This document shows positions 33,984 to 47,311 of a stretch of 64,000 bases of DNA, in pieces. Made by a program: the position numbers and the translations under genes. The stretch spans positions 30,814,001-30,878,000 of the forward strand of contig CM060732.1 in NCBI GenBank assembly GCA_030704615.1, read 5' to 3'. Positions within the stretch are counted from its first letter, which is position 1. Every line of letters starts with the position of its first letter. The notes beneath the pieces are model-generated. The model saw nothing but the letters and a program-made list of their open reading frames with translations. It did not search any database and was not told the origin of the DNA. The stretch comes from Takakia lepidozioides. Lineage: Eukaryota; Plantae; Bryophyta.

Positions 33984-36361
33984 GGTGCTCCGTCCTTCAC
34001 TTCTTATTGTCTGTCTGCTAGCGGACTACAAGTGCAAGCAGGGCAGCCATGGAAGCTCCACGCAGGTCTGTCGCGAGACCACCACACTCCACAATCCGTT
34101 GGTTCGCACTCCTCAACCCACGGGATCTTGACCTGTATTCCTCAGACACACTCTTTACCTATCGGTACAATCCCCTACCCTCTGGATCTTTCCGAGCCAA
34201 GAACACAAAACAGTTGTTTGGTGGAAAGTTTGCCTCTGCATGACATCGTTGCGCCGGTGAAGGAGACGATTGCAAGCAAAACAGGTCGTGGATTAACTTA
34301 CTGTGCTCCCACTGACTTACTTAGTTTTGGACAAGAGATACCACCTCCCAGCACCCGTGAATGTGATAATATCTGACAAGCCCTCGATGAACCGGGTATC
34401 ATTGCTGTCCAAGTGCATTCTTGACGTTCAACATCAGCTTCTCTACAGGCAATGTATCCGCGGACTCAGATGAATCATCCATGAATGCTCAGTGAAGACT
34501 TATTTGAGGCATAGTGTCGCAGACAAGGATTGTTTGTTAACTCGTTTGCTTATTTGACCAATAACTTCGTCGTTGATCCTCTTTCAGTTCAGTAGATATG
34601 AAGGATATAGTGGCGGTGGGCAGACATACAAGCTACAACAATGGAAATTCACCCCATCATATCATATATGCAATCGCAGTCCCTTCCTCTCTCCAAGCAA
34701 GCAGGCCAAGAGTTACAATTGATATCAGACCACATATCAAGGTATCTCATTCTATGGGCATGCACTTAGATATGACAAGAAAGATGCAGTCAGTCATTTG
34801 GTACTCATTGTTTAGTTGTGCCTCCGTGGTGGGGCCACAGCCAGTAATACAATCAAACCAGCAGAGATGCCAACCCATAGTATTGCAAGTCGGACTCAAC
34901 CACCTCTTAAGATTACCTGCAACTTAGGCCAGCTGATCCTGAACCTCTTGATGCAGGGATGGCATGGGAGTTACCCACATCAAACAACCCCAATGCTCTT
35001 GCTCTCATATCTCTCATGGCTTCTCTGACTAAGGTGTAGGCAGCATGGTTACAGGCAAAAATGTCACAGCTGTGTCATGTAGGGGGCTGAAATAGTGTTG
35101 AAATCAACAACATTGTGTACCTCAAACCCATACTACTTGCATACCCTGTAACAGCATGGTTGTAAGCTGTGACAGAGGAATATGGCATTTTGGCTGCACA
35201 TCCTATCCTGCTGGATTGACTTGCACCGGGAAGGTCGCATCCTGCAAGGACTATGCCCATCACCCACTTCCATGGAGAAGGTAGTTAGTACATTCTCTGT
35301 CTCAGACTTTCGTCGCATCTGTCGCAGCTACTGGAATCGAAGTAAGCTTATCCTTGTGATGTCAATGCAAGCCCAAGAGATGGGTGGGTGGGTTGGTGTG
35401 ACTGCTAGGCCATTGTTGGACTCGGTCTACGAACCCTTATGCATTGAAATACCCTATCAACTAGCCTTAAAGATATGTCAGAGCTAACACTTCCCCATGA
35501 GTGAAGTTTCTCTTTGGCAATGCATGATCACACATGCTTGAAAAGAGGGTGGAAAGTCTCCAGTCAGTCATCTTCAGGACATTCCGATATAGCTAAAATT
35601 AGGCTCCCAAACATGAACAGTTCAGCATCTGGTGGCGCAATGCCCAACCAAATCACATCTGAAGTTGAATGCAAAATGCCTTAAAAGAAAGATGAACAAA
35701 GGGCTAAAGATCAACTCTTATGAAGAAGACTTTGACTCACTCAAGCGATCAGTAAGTAACAAAAGCTAAATCCACAGAGTTGGTTGCAGTCGACCAAGCA
35801 ATGATTTGCGAAGTGCAAGTATCATGGCGTATTAAGATTGAAGGCCTTGGCAAGTTTCTTGCTGGAAGAACAGGCAACCTTCTTTGGTGGCCTTGTCAGG
35901 CTCAATCACTGGAAATCCCTGGATGTACGCGTTACAAAGGCACGAGAGTGCATTCTCCACTGCGGGGACTGACATCAAGGACTTCCTCCAGCTTTGGCAG
36001 CACATCTACAACCCAAAACCACATACCCTGCAACACATCAGCTGCGTTCCAACAGGTCTTTCTTCTAAGAGGAAAGTTGCATTTTGAGGGCTGATGTGTC
36101 AAACTGTACCAAGAAGTGCACTCAAGCATGTTCCAATGTTTTCCCTCTGTACCATCCACGTTCACTAAACTGCCTGTCTCATCATCAACAAACGACTTGA
36201 AGCACAAATGCAGAAATTTTCACCATGAATGAAGAACACAGTGAACCAGCACAATCTGGAATAAACTCACCATTGTGCCCAAATCCAACAAATGGTTTTC
36301 CTGCTATTAGAGAAAGAGAAGAAGAAGGAAAGCTCAAGTATCAAGTAGGATGATGAACTGT

Positions 36362-38113
36362 TCAAGCTCTTCGGCTGTATAATTGATTCTGTGGCCCCAA
36401 CTTCCTTTTCTCCATCGTCTTGAGGTAAAAGCCTATGAGGTTGGCATAAGTCCGGTTATTCAAATCCACCGCTTCCATGTTCAAAACAAGATTCTCACAA
36501 GCCACATGAAAATTCCCCTTCCCAAATCCCTCAAAAACCAACTGGTCTGTGGCAACTTCGGCAACAAGATGAAGTGTGCGCATCTCTGCCAACGCATCAG
36601 GAAGCTTTGTCTTTAACCTGCCAGCCAGGAAAGAGTCTACAACAGCACCATACGTTACTAGGTCAGGAGAAACCCCGACTGCTTGCATCTCTAGCACGGC
36701 AACCCGAAGGTCCCAAAACCATTGCATTTGGGAGAATGCCAGCACCATAATGTTGTAAGTGGTTATATCAGGTGTGAACCCTGCCTCCTTCATGTTATTG
36801 AACTGTCCCACCAGGTTATCCATGGAGAAATTTGCAGCATAGGACAGAAGAAGTGCATTCCACAGAAAATTTCCCATTGTGGGCCTTCTAAGCCCCACCG
36901 ACCGCACGAACTCACCCAACTGGAAAAAATAACTGCTCCTAACATAAGCCAGTGCCATTGCTCTCACAGTTGTTTGTCGAGCAATGTATCGATATTCCAG
37001 TAGAAGGCGATAATGCTTCTCCATCTCCTTCACAGACCCAGTTCCAGCGTATGCTCGGACCACAGCATTGAGGCACGTGGGGTCAGGGTCCCACCCTTCT
37101 ACAATCAGTTCTCTTAAAGCTTTCTGCATCCTTCCAAACAGGCCCCCCTTTGCGTATGCTTGTATCAGGGTACTGTAAGTGCATACATCTAGTGGAATAC
37201 CAACCGTTTTCATATTATTGAATACACGCCACATCTCATCATACAGGCCCCTCTCTCCGTATGCATGAATAAGCCCAGTGTAGGTAACTGTGTTAGGCTT
37301 CGCATCCCCAGACATAATCATCTCTTTGAGCACTTGCTCAGCTTGCTCAAAAAGACCACATCCAGCATAACCTTGCAGAAGACATGTGTAGGAAGCCACC
37401 CCTGGTCGAACACCAGAATCTCTCATTTCATCAAACAGTTGTTGAGCTAGCTCTGGCATGCGTGCCATCCCAAGCATGCTAATGAACTTAGTATAATGCT
37501 GCTCCCTTGATCGGTAACCCTCTTGCACCCTCCACCATTGAAATACCTTGAGTTCACTCGGCACAGATATGAGCTCAAGTCAGGTTCTGGGAACAAGGTT
37601 ATCATTTGACAATGGCAACTTCAAATTCTACCACTTCCATAACAGCCAAATTCCTAGATGTTCCTCCCAGCAACTGTTCCAAAACAAGGGCAGTGGAGCT
37701 TTTCATTTGGAGGGGTAAGAAGGGTACGCAAGGTTCACAGATCCACGTATCTCGCAAACTACTGCATGAAATGCGGCATCTAAAACGGCACTGTGCAAGG
37801 AGCTTCCTGTACAGCAGCAATTTGACTGCAATCGACGATTCAACTCCCCACAGTCCCATTCCCTATGAAGATCCAACAGGAGAATGGCCCAAAATATAGC
37901 AAGATCAATTACTACCTCCAAAGCATCTGCAATTCGACCATGGACGTTGAGAAAGTCAACGACTGACCAGAACTCAGGTGGGCTCCAAACTGGCATGCCC
38001 TCCAAAATTTCGATTGGGCTTTTCCCCATCCAGAGTTGCTTCACTGCGTGTGCCCTCTTATCACGCCCCGAGACGTTGTCTATGTCATCCTCATCGGAAT
38101 CTGTCTCCCACAC
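36362..38113 (-). CDS. P-class PPR protein (exons ~37915-38113 and 36362-37546); 5' exon probably further upstream (transit-peptide-like ORF 40288-40617)
   Basis: Tandem 35-aa P motifs (ASYTCLLQGYAGCG, VTYTGLIHAYGERG, CTYSTLIQAYAKGG, LWNALLLSYAANF); GT-AG junction LE|VFQWWR. Confidence 0.85.
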
Positions 38114-38349
38114 TAGTACAGAAACCCATTGGGATGGACCAACCCCAGTTTAGTACCCACCCTGTACACAGATCTGGCACTTAAGTGAAATTCAGAGAGG
38201 ACGCTGCCTTCTACTTCACAGAGACAGGCTGAGTTGAGCGAAGAAGTGCTGCTTCTTCATCTCAAACGACCAAATCATCATAACCCTCCCAGCATGCATC
38301 ATACGGTGTTGTCAACCACTCATTCAGTTGTGTGTGTTTGAGTAGGTGA

Positions 38350-39800
38350 GAATGTACTCATAAGACGTTGTCTGCTGTAGCCTTGTGGTCATAAGAAATG
38401 TACTCATGCCGTTCCCTGCCAATGTTGGCTTGCCATAGCCTTGTGGCCATCGGCCCTGCGGGAACTAACAACTAACCATCCTGGAGCCTTTTGTGGGGTT
38501 CGCAACCACCAGGGCTGAAACTCAGCTGCAGGTGGTGTAATTTTATCTACCCGCAACTGACATTAAGGCTCTCACAGAGGCACTTGTCCATATGCAAACT
38601 CAACAGCCTGGTTGCAGGCTTACTGATTTTATTATTGTAGCCCTACGTTTACCAATCACATGCCTGGGGAGTATGCATGGCACAGGAGACTTGTGCCTGT
38701 CACTCTGGGTTGTGGCCATAAAATGTACTCCTAAGAGTTGTTTGTCATAGCCTTGTGGCCATAGACCCCGTACCCAGTTTGGGCAGAACAAAAGGAATAG
38801 AACTATCTTTGTGAGGGGCTCACTAGTATGACTTACCTTGATATAGACAATTAGTTGGAGTTTTCCAGATATCCTCTCCAAAGCCCTTCACACAAGCATC
38901 AACTTGCTGTGTGTGAGCTGCCCAGCAATTAGACCCCAAGAAGGCCTGGGCTTTAGGCTCAGCCTCAAAATTCTGAAAGTTGGTGAACAGAGGTGCAGGG
39001 ACAATGTTCTTCATCATCCTGAAGAAGGTCACTCTCTGGTGAGATTATCTCGGACAATGTATCAGAAAATGGATATAGTCTTCAGGCTGCCCGCACATCT
39101 GGCAATTACACTCGCCTCTTCCTCTCTGCATCTGTTTATTGTTCAAAGGTAGGCTTCCCACCCTGAGTTTAAATTTCACTCTAGTGCCAGGGTAGGTAGA
39201 CCCTTGTGGCCATACAGTAGGTGAGAGAAGGAGAAGAAGCCGTTGGGAGGAAGGGATGAACAGTAGCCAGCTGGGAGACATACCAGGCACATCATCAGCA
39301 TCTTGACAGTTTGCACAGACACCTCTGGGCATGAGAGCTGTCTGCTTGGCAGCAAAGGCTTCTTTGATATGCGGCAGCAGAACCCTACATTGGGAGCACA
39401 CAATCTGCATGGGTGACCTTGCACTCCTCTGGAAAAAGAGAGGGGAACGGGAGAATGAGCCACGTCAAAGTAATACTGACGAGTGAAAAGCCTTTGCAGT
39501 TTGAAATAATCCATGAACATATATCAATTTGAGAGATTGGTGACTCCGTGACCAGCGGTAAAAGTCCATCAAATGCAAAAGCTCAAAAGTCCATTGTCAC
39601 AAGTAGAGTTGCACCTATACAATTATCCTGGGTCCCAAAGTCCAAGCCACATGAAACCACTCTTCACCTGCCATACAAAAGACACAAAATGCTAGCAAAA
39701 GACATACTAAGGGCGTCGCTGATTTCTTGAGACATGGCAAGAGATATGGCTTTAACAGAACAGTGTGCCAGTGGAAGGTCCAAGGGACATTGTCTAGATG
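38350..39800 (-). mobile_element. LINE 3' remnant (zinc-finger region) plus two extra short 3'-terminal copies
   Basis: CQMCGQPEDYIHFLIHCPR (39050-39105); terminal motif at 38350-38392, 38396-38450 and 38720-38762. Confidence 0.7.
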
Positions 39801-42269
39801 CCCCTTGGACATCTAGACACCCCAAAAAAGACCACCCTCAGCTTTGATGCTTGAAAACTAGCAGGTCCAGACAGTCTTTCCTGCAGATTTCCAAACCTGT
39901 CTATGAGACAAGACAGAACCAGCGAAGAATAGCATGAAACTCCAGAAAAACCTTACTCTGTTTTAGCTCAAGCCTTCTTCCTTACCCCACTACTCCGAAG
40001 CCAGGTGATCAGACAACTCCTATCACACCAAAACAAACCTTTTGCAACTGCATTGGTGCTAAGCCCCTGTCTAGTAAGGAAGCTTGGATTCTCTGAAACA
40101 TTTCAGGCAGAAAAATGGTTTGGTGATTCAAGGAAACCAATTGAACTAGAGGGTAGGCATTCCCCGTCTATCTTCATCAAGTTGAGGAGGCAAGGCCAAC
40201 AAAAAGTCCACTGTTTTTTTGCTGCTGCCTTTCTGATGTAGTTAAAAATCAAATGGAGCACACCCATCATTGGATCCTCCATGCCTTTTAAGCAAAAAAG
40301 ATGTCGGAGTATTTTACCACAAGAAGAGGCAATCCAGAGGTGGTGTGTGCAGCTTGTGAGGTACTAGTCCGTGAAAAGACATGGCGCTGGCTAATTTCCC
40401 CACTCCAAAAACTGGAGACCAGAGCGTTATGGCTTTGACCGCTCACAAAGGGCTGCCTGGCCCGTCTAGAGGCCTGTGCTCTGACTTGCAAAGCCGATGC
40501 TCTTGAGTCTGATGCAGGATCCGAGACGCTGGCTGCCCTCTGCCTACCTGATCCTGCTCCTCTGGAACACACTGCTGGGGTCAGGGGGTGGCAAAGGCTG
40601 CACGCATGGGACGCCATAGCTGTGACCTGATTGTATTGGCTGCTCCTGAGCTTCACTGTAATGTCAGGCTGAGTTTCATATCCTGGCGATTGAAAGCCCC
40701 CGATCAGCTCTGAGAGTCAAATATCCTGTAGGAGTTAGGCCCTCCAGGGTACCCCAGTAGCCAAATATAGAGCAACAAGTCCACTAATCGAGAAGAAGAA
40801 CATTTCTACCAGCCTCACCATCATATTAACAACAGAATCTGTAAGGATAGTGTCAATTGAATTGCTTTTGTTTTTCCCAGTTCTGTCTGGCTCAGTCTAA
40901 CACCCAGTTTAGGTCCAATAGAGCTCCTGCTCACATGAATCCTCGTACCGCGACCAGTAGGTGGGGTGGTGCACCCTGCGAATTACTACCGGATTTGACG
41001 CCTCAAAAAGAGGCTGCATCCAGACATGCATCCAGACATTGCTCTAGTCTCTAGTCTCTCCGATGCGCGAACATGGGATCTTCCCCAGCCTCTCAGACTC
41101 TCCCCCACGTTGGTGTAAGAATTGAAATAACGAGAAAACCCATGTAATTTATACGGCTCATTCACCTCATTCTTGCTGAGTTTTTCTCTTCTTTTCTTTC
41201 TAAAGAAAGGAAACCTGGGAGCGACTGCTCACGAAGGGCATACACATCGCAAGAGAATTTAGTTGACGTGGCCCTAAGGAAGTTGCCGGAATCTCCTGCC
41301 GGTGAAGGTAATTCCCAGCCTCAATGGGCCAAAACTTGCTGGCCTAACTTTTGCCCCACTTTTTCCTTAATCCGGCAGTGGATTCTTTAGAGAATTGGGC
41401 ATGCATGTTATGTGGACTGCATATAACATGGCCGCTGCGGCGATCTCCAAAATACATTCTTTCTCTTGGTCCTAAATTTTGGGTATGTCCATTTTGAAGT
41501 TCAAGCATATTCATGACTTTCTAAAAGCAAACCACCCCCCCCCCCCCCACATCATGTACAAAGGGGAATTTAGAAAATTTGGAATTTGGCCTTCACAATT
41601 TCTGGAGACCCCTGTAACAAGTTTAGAAATGTGGATGCGAGGGAACTAGAATCCCAACCCTTCGTGCAACAATTAAGCATCGCGCCACAGCTCGCTACAA
41701 ATCCTTCTGATGACTGTGCCCTCACAGCCAAAAGAGGATCCCTTATGACCTCACTTTTCTTGAAGGGGATTTCAGGAGAGTTTTGCGGCTTGTTTGAGAT
41801 TGGCAGCTCAAGTAGTTACTGAGAACACTGGGAGTCACACCAGCGATAGGGACCTGCTTCGTGGACACTAGCAGTATCGCTTATTGTTGCATGAAACTAT
41901 GCACAGTTGTTTCATCCATGCTCCCAAATCTGGTCCCCAACTGTAGCAATTGTGTTCTGATGTGGGTGGCCTCTGTCCCCCAACCTTGACCTCCAACATG
42001 CACAAACCGATGTTAAAGTGTGAGGGAGTCAAGCCGCATCAATCAGTAACAACATACCCAAATACCCTTACAATCACTATATGAACTTTCAAGCAGCCAC
42101 CATGGGATTGGATCTTGTGGGTTAAGGCTAGCTTTTGACAATATTCATGCAAGTTCGTCAAGGGCTCTAGTTAAATCCGCACCACAAGAACCAAACAAAC
42201 ATTTCCAAATGTAAGATGCTGAACAAACTTGTGCACAGGGCTGCCCCTCCCATCAAGCTCATTAAAATT

Positions 42270-42619
42270 CGTATTCACTTCCATCTTCAAGCTCGGGAGA
42301 AGCACCACCACCCAAACCCAGAATTAGGACAGCACTCTGATCTCCACCCACTGTCACCAGAATCCGTCAAATATGACCCCTTCAGTCACGTGCAATTATG
42401 GGCTGACTTCCCACCCATGCCGGGTAGACCCCACTATCATTTTCCGTATTCACTTCCATCTTCAAGCTTGGGAGAAGCACCACCACCCAAACCCAGAATT
42501 AGGACAGCACTCTGATTTCCACCCACTGTCACCAGAATCCGTCAAATATGACCCCTTCAGTCACGTGCAATTATGGGCTGACTTCCCACCCATGCCGGGT
42601 AGACCCCACTATCATTTTC
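42270..42619. repeat. Tandem duplication, 2 x 175 bp, near identical
   Basis: cgtattcacttccatcttcaagct...ccactatcattttc at 42270 and again at 42445. Confidence 0.95.
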
Positions 42620-42651
42620 CATGGATATGCCACAGGAATGCACTCAGCAGT

Positions 42652-45600
42652 ACATCATGGTCAATACTCTCAGGAAATGGTGGATGATCTGAGTAGCTAC
42701 ACAGATCAATGAATGAAGCAAGAAACTCGCATCTTTCCAAAAAAAAAAATCCTTTCACCAGTAATCCCCACAAGAACAAATCCCATCTTCAAAGTGGTGA
42801 AAGCGGTTAGCGTCCCGTACAACAATTGCTCGGCCAACAATCTTTGAGATGAATTTGGTGGAGGTGTGGCAGTCACCACACACTCGAAGATTCTTAATGA
42901 GACGGAGAGGCGTCCTAGGGGTCGTGCTGATCAGCCCAAAACCAATGGCCAGCTTCTCACTGTGGTGGCAAAGAGAACATTCCTTTTCCTCCTCCCCCAC
43001 ATCATGCAATACAAAGCGCGTGTCAGGCACATACCCCGCCTCCTTCATCTGCCCAGACAATCTTCTCAGCTCAGCATGGATTTCCTTCATTCTGGGATGC
43101 AACTTGTCATCTACAACAAAGGTGTGCACCCTGTTGCCAACCTCAATGCAGCAGCGACCTGGCTCCTTTCTAACCCCTCTGACCTTCATCATTCTTCTCA
43201 CCTTTGCAGTATCATCCCACCTGCCAGCTGCGGCATAGATGTTTGAAAGCAACACATAAGTCGCGGCATCCTGTTCATCCCACTTGAGGATAGATGTTGC
43301 TGCACGTTCAGCCATCTCCACATTGCCATGGATTCTGCAGGCACCAAGCAAGGCCTTCCACACCACAACATCTGGATTGATTGGCATCTTATTAATCAGA
43401 TCCACTGCCTCATCCAGTTGTCCCGCACGTCCAAGAAGGTCCACCATACAGCCAAAGTGCTTTACTGTCGGAGTGACACCATGATCTTGACTCAGGGAAT
43501 CAAAGTAGCGTCTTCCTTCATTCAGTAGGCCAGTGTGGCTGCATGCAGAGAGAACACATATAAAGGTGACACTGTCCGGCTTCAAGCCGTTCTTTTGCAT
43601 TCCTTCAAATAGTTGCAGGACCTCCCTATGACAACCATGCTGGGCATATCCTGCCATCATTGCACTCCATGACACCAAATCTCGTTCAGCCATACTGTCG
43701 AACACTCCCTTCGCAGCCTCCATGCACCCACATTTGGCATACATGTCCACCAGGGCAGTGTTCAGAATGACATCGGGTACAATTCCAGCTTTGACGATGT
43801 CACCATGGACCTCTTTGCCCTTTTCCAGGGCTGCCAGGCTTGCACACGCATTGCAAACGCACACAAACGTGATGTGGTTGGGCTTCACCCCTTCCCCCAT
43901 CATTTCCTCATAGGTTTCCAAAGCCTCCATCCCGCGACCATGCTGGGCATATCCTGCGATCATTGCGTTCCACGACACCACATTTCGTTCAGCCATATTG
44001 TCGAACACTGCCTTCGCATCCTCCATGCACCCACATTTGGCATACATGTCCACCAGGGCAGTGTTCAGAATGACATCGGGTACAATTCTAGCTTTGATGA
44101 TGTCACCATGGACCTCTTTGCCCTTTTCCAGGGCTGCCAGGCTTGCACACGCATTGCAAACAGAAACAAACGTGATGTGGTCGGGCTTCACCCCTTCCAC
44201 CATCATTTGCTCATAGGTCTCCAAAGCCTCCATCCCGCGCCCTTGCTGTGCATATCCTGCAATCATCGCACTCCACGACACCAAATCTCGTTCAGCCATA
44301 CTGTCGAACACTGCCTTCGCATCCTGGATGCACCCACATTTTGCATACATGTCCACGAGGGTATTGTTCAGAATCACATCTGGTAAAATTCCAGCTTTAG
44401 CGATGCAACCATGCACCTCTTTGCCCTTTTCCAGGGCTGCCAGGCTTGCACACGCACTGCAAACAGACACAAACGTGATGTGGTCGGGCTTCACCCCTTC
44501 CCCCATCATTTCCTCATAGGTCTCCAAAGCCTCAATCCCACGCCCCTGCTGTGCATACCCTGCAAGCATCGCGTTCCACGACACCACATTTCGGTCAGCC
44601 ATATTGGTGAACACTGCCTTCGCATCCTCAATGCTCCCACATTTGGCATACATGTCCACCAGGGCATTGTTCAGAATGACATGGGGTACAATTCCAGCTC
44701 TGACAATGTCACCATGGACCTCTTTGCCCTTTTCCAGAGCTGCCAGGCTTGCACACGCATTGCAAACGCACACAAACGTGATGTGGTTGGGCTTCACCCC
44801 TTCCCCCATCATTTGCTCATAGGTCTCCAAAGCCTCCACCCCATGTCCCTGCTGTGCATACCCTGCAATCATCGCGCTCCACGACACCACATCTCGTTCA
44901 GCCATATTGTTGAAAACTGCCTTCGCATCCTTAATGCACCCACATTTGGCATACATGTCCACCAGGGCAGTGTTCAGAATGACATCTGGTACAATTCCAG
45001 CTTTGATGATGTCACCATGGACCTCTTTCCCCTTTTCCAGGTCTCCCAGACTTGCACACGCATTGCAGACACAAACAAACGTGATGCGGTTGGGCTTCAC
45101 CCCTTCGCGCATCATTTGCTCATAGGTCTCCAAAGCATTCATACCACACCCATGCTTGGTAAATCCTGCCAACATTATATTCCACGTGATCAAAGATCGT
45201 TGAGGCATTCTGTTGAACACTTGGTGAGCATCCATGATGCTCCCACACTTAACATACATGTTGACAAGGGTGTTGAGTAGAAAAACATTTGGCGTGAATC
45301 CACTTTGGATAATGTGAGTGTGCACCTGCTTTCCAGCTTCCAGGCCTTTCATCTTGATGCACTTATGCAAGAGACAGACATACGTATCTGAATCTGCTGA
45401 AATGCCCCCTTGGTTTAAAGTCTGTAGAGCCTCTTTCAGTCTGCCTGCCTCACAAAGCATCTTCACATGTCCAGAAGTGCCAGAAGAGGCATCGTGGACT
45501 CCCTCTCTTGATTCTCTTCCAGAAGCTGTGGTCATGGTTGAGGTGCCTGATTTTATCAACTGTGCCACTGCAGCTGCTGCCTTTAGTTGACCATCTACCC

Positions 45601-47311
45601 ATGCAGGTTTCTTGTAGCTATTGATCCACAGGGAATCATAGGTAATCTTGTGCTTGAAATCTGGCCCTCTTGGATGAATCTGGACCCACAATCTATCCCT
45701 GCTCCTTCAGCTATCCATGCCTCTGCACAAATCATGCATACATCCTTGCCTTGCTGCTAGCAGCTGACAATGACAGCCTAGAATTGTTCCAGAAAACACC
45801 CCAACCCTACTTATCACACTAGTACCTATGCTGACTTGCGTCTGCTTCCAACAGGCATTCACCTTTTTGCCTCGATTGTTCCACCATTGACTGGGATCGG
45901 AAACGTATTCATTCCAGAGCTTCTCCTCGTCTCTGTTATCTGTTTTTCGACTTTCCTGTTGCCACATTGGCAGTAACATGTCAAAATCACTCCAAAACCA
46001 CCATAGATCCACGAACGAGCTAACTTGCAAAATTCAACATGAACATTTAGGGACGACTCTGATAACGGGAAAAACAGGCTGTGTTGAAGAAGGTGCTTTC
46101 ATTAGCAGTGCCTGTGCCGCAGCCGCTGCTGTTTCCAGTTAACCATCTACCCACACAGATTTCTGGTAGCTATTGATCCACAGGGAATCAGAAGTAATCT
46201 TGTCTTTGAAATCCGGCCCTCTATCCCTGGTCCTTCAGCTATCCCTGCCTGTGTACAGATCATGAATACATCCTCAGCCTTGCTGCTAGCAGCTGACACT
46301 GACGCCGTGAAGTTCTTCCAGCAAACACCCAACCCTACTTATTACAGTAGTTCCAATTCTGAATTGCATCTGCTTCTCGCTGTAGTCCAACAGGCATTCA
46401 CCTTTTTGTCTCCATTGTCCCACCATTGACTGGGGTCGGAAAAGTGTTCATTCCAAAGCTTCCCCTCATTTCTGTTATCTGTTTTTGGATACTTTCCTGC
46501 TACCACATCGGCAGTAACTTGTGAAATTCACTCCAAACCACCACAGATCCACCCAACGAACTAACTTACACAATTCAATATGCATCTCAGGGGTCTGGTG
46601 AGAGGGCAAAACAGGCTGAAATAGGTCGAAGAAGAAGGTGCCCTCACCACATTGTCCTTGACCTTGTGTCATGACCCATGGAGGATTTGACCGACCATCA
46701 ACCCAAAAGGACCTCTTGTGTGTGCTGCTTGTGCCTGTAGTCAGGTAATGTCGAATTGGTCTGTGAGAACCACCACGGTGCAGCTGAGCAGGCAGAGGTT
46801 GAAACACGGCCTGCTAAGACCAAGCTGACTCTCCCAAGAACCTTGTAAACATCAGGAAGAATACCAAATCATGGTACTAACAGGAGCCAAGAGCCCACAT
46901 TTGCAGGATGGACAAACTTCTTCACATCGTACATTAAGAAAAAGCCACACCTTGCGATTGCGGTTGTCCCACCATCGTGAAGGATCTTTAAAAAAGTCAT
47001 GCCGGCTCTGCTCCGTGCTCCAAGGTAGTGGTTTGTGCTCGAAAATCCGACAGCATCAACATTCTGACAAGGTCCTTTACTGAGGGGTGCTAGTGAGCTT
47101 TCAACAACATTCATGCAAGTTGTTTTGGGCTCCATTGGGCTCTACACGACGAGGAACAACGAGCATGTCCAGACGTACACAGATGCTAACCCAGCTTATG
47201 CTTGCAGTCTGGAGATTGTAGAGTGGTCTCTGAAAACGACCATAGAGGGAGGAAGGCGCTGAGCAGCCAGAGTGTTTTACCCTGGGTCTCGGCATTTAAG
47301 TTTTTCTCACG
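42652..47311. repeat. Left arm of a ~4.65-kb inverted segmental duplication
   Basis: Reverse complement of 52411-57059; boundaries acatcatggtcaatactctc... and ...ggcatttaagtttttctcacg. Confidence 0.95.
42755..45955 (-). CDS. PDF-motif + PLS-PPR-E1-E2-DYW C-to-U editing factor, copy L (large exon 42755-45679; PDF exon 45863-45955; further PDF exons up to ~47230)
   Basis: 978-aa ORF with six L-S-P triplets at a 303-bp period, PG box KEPGRCCIEV, HSEKLA, NLRVCGDCH, ending HHFEDGICSCGDYW; N-terminal HPRGPDFKHKITYDSLWIN. Confidence 0.93.

Noticed and set aside
34400-36300. Short ORFs between HMA1 and the P-class PPR gene
   Set aside because: No recognisable domain or consistent exon chain; probably UTR or intergenic
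46138-46143. CAA>TAA stop as a site repaired by U-to-C editing
   Set aside because: This is a nuclear gene and the same exon has two further disabling deletions
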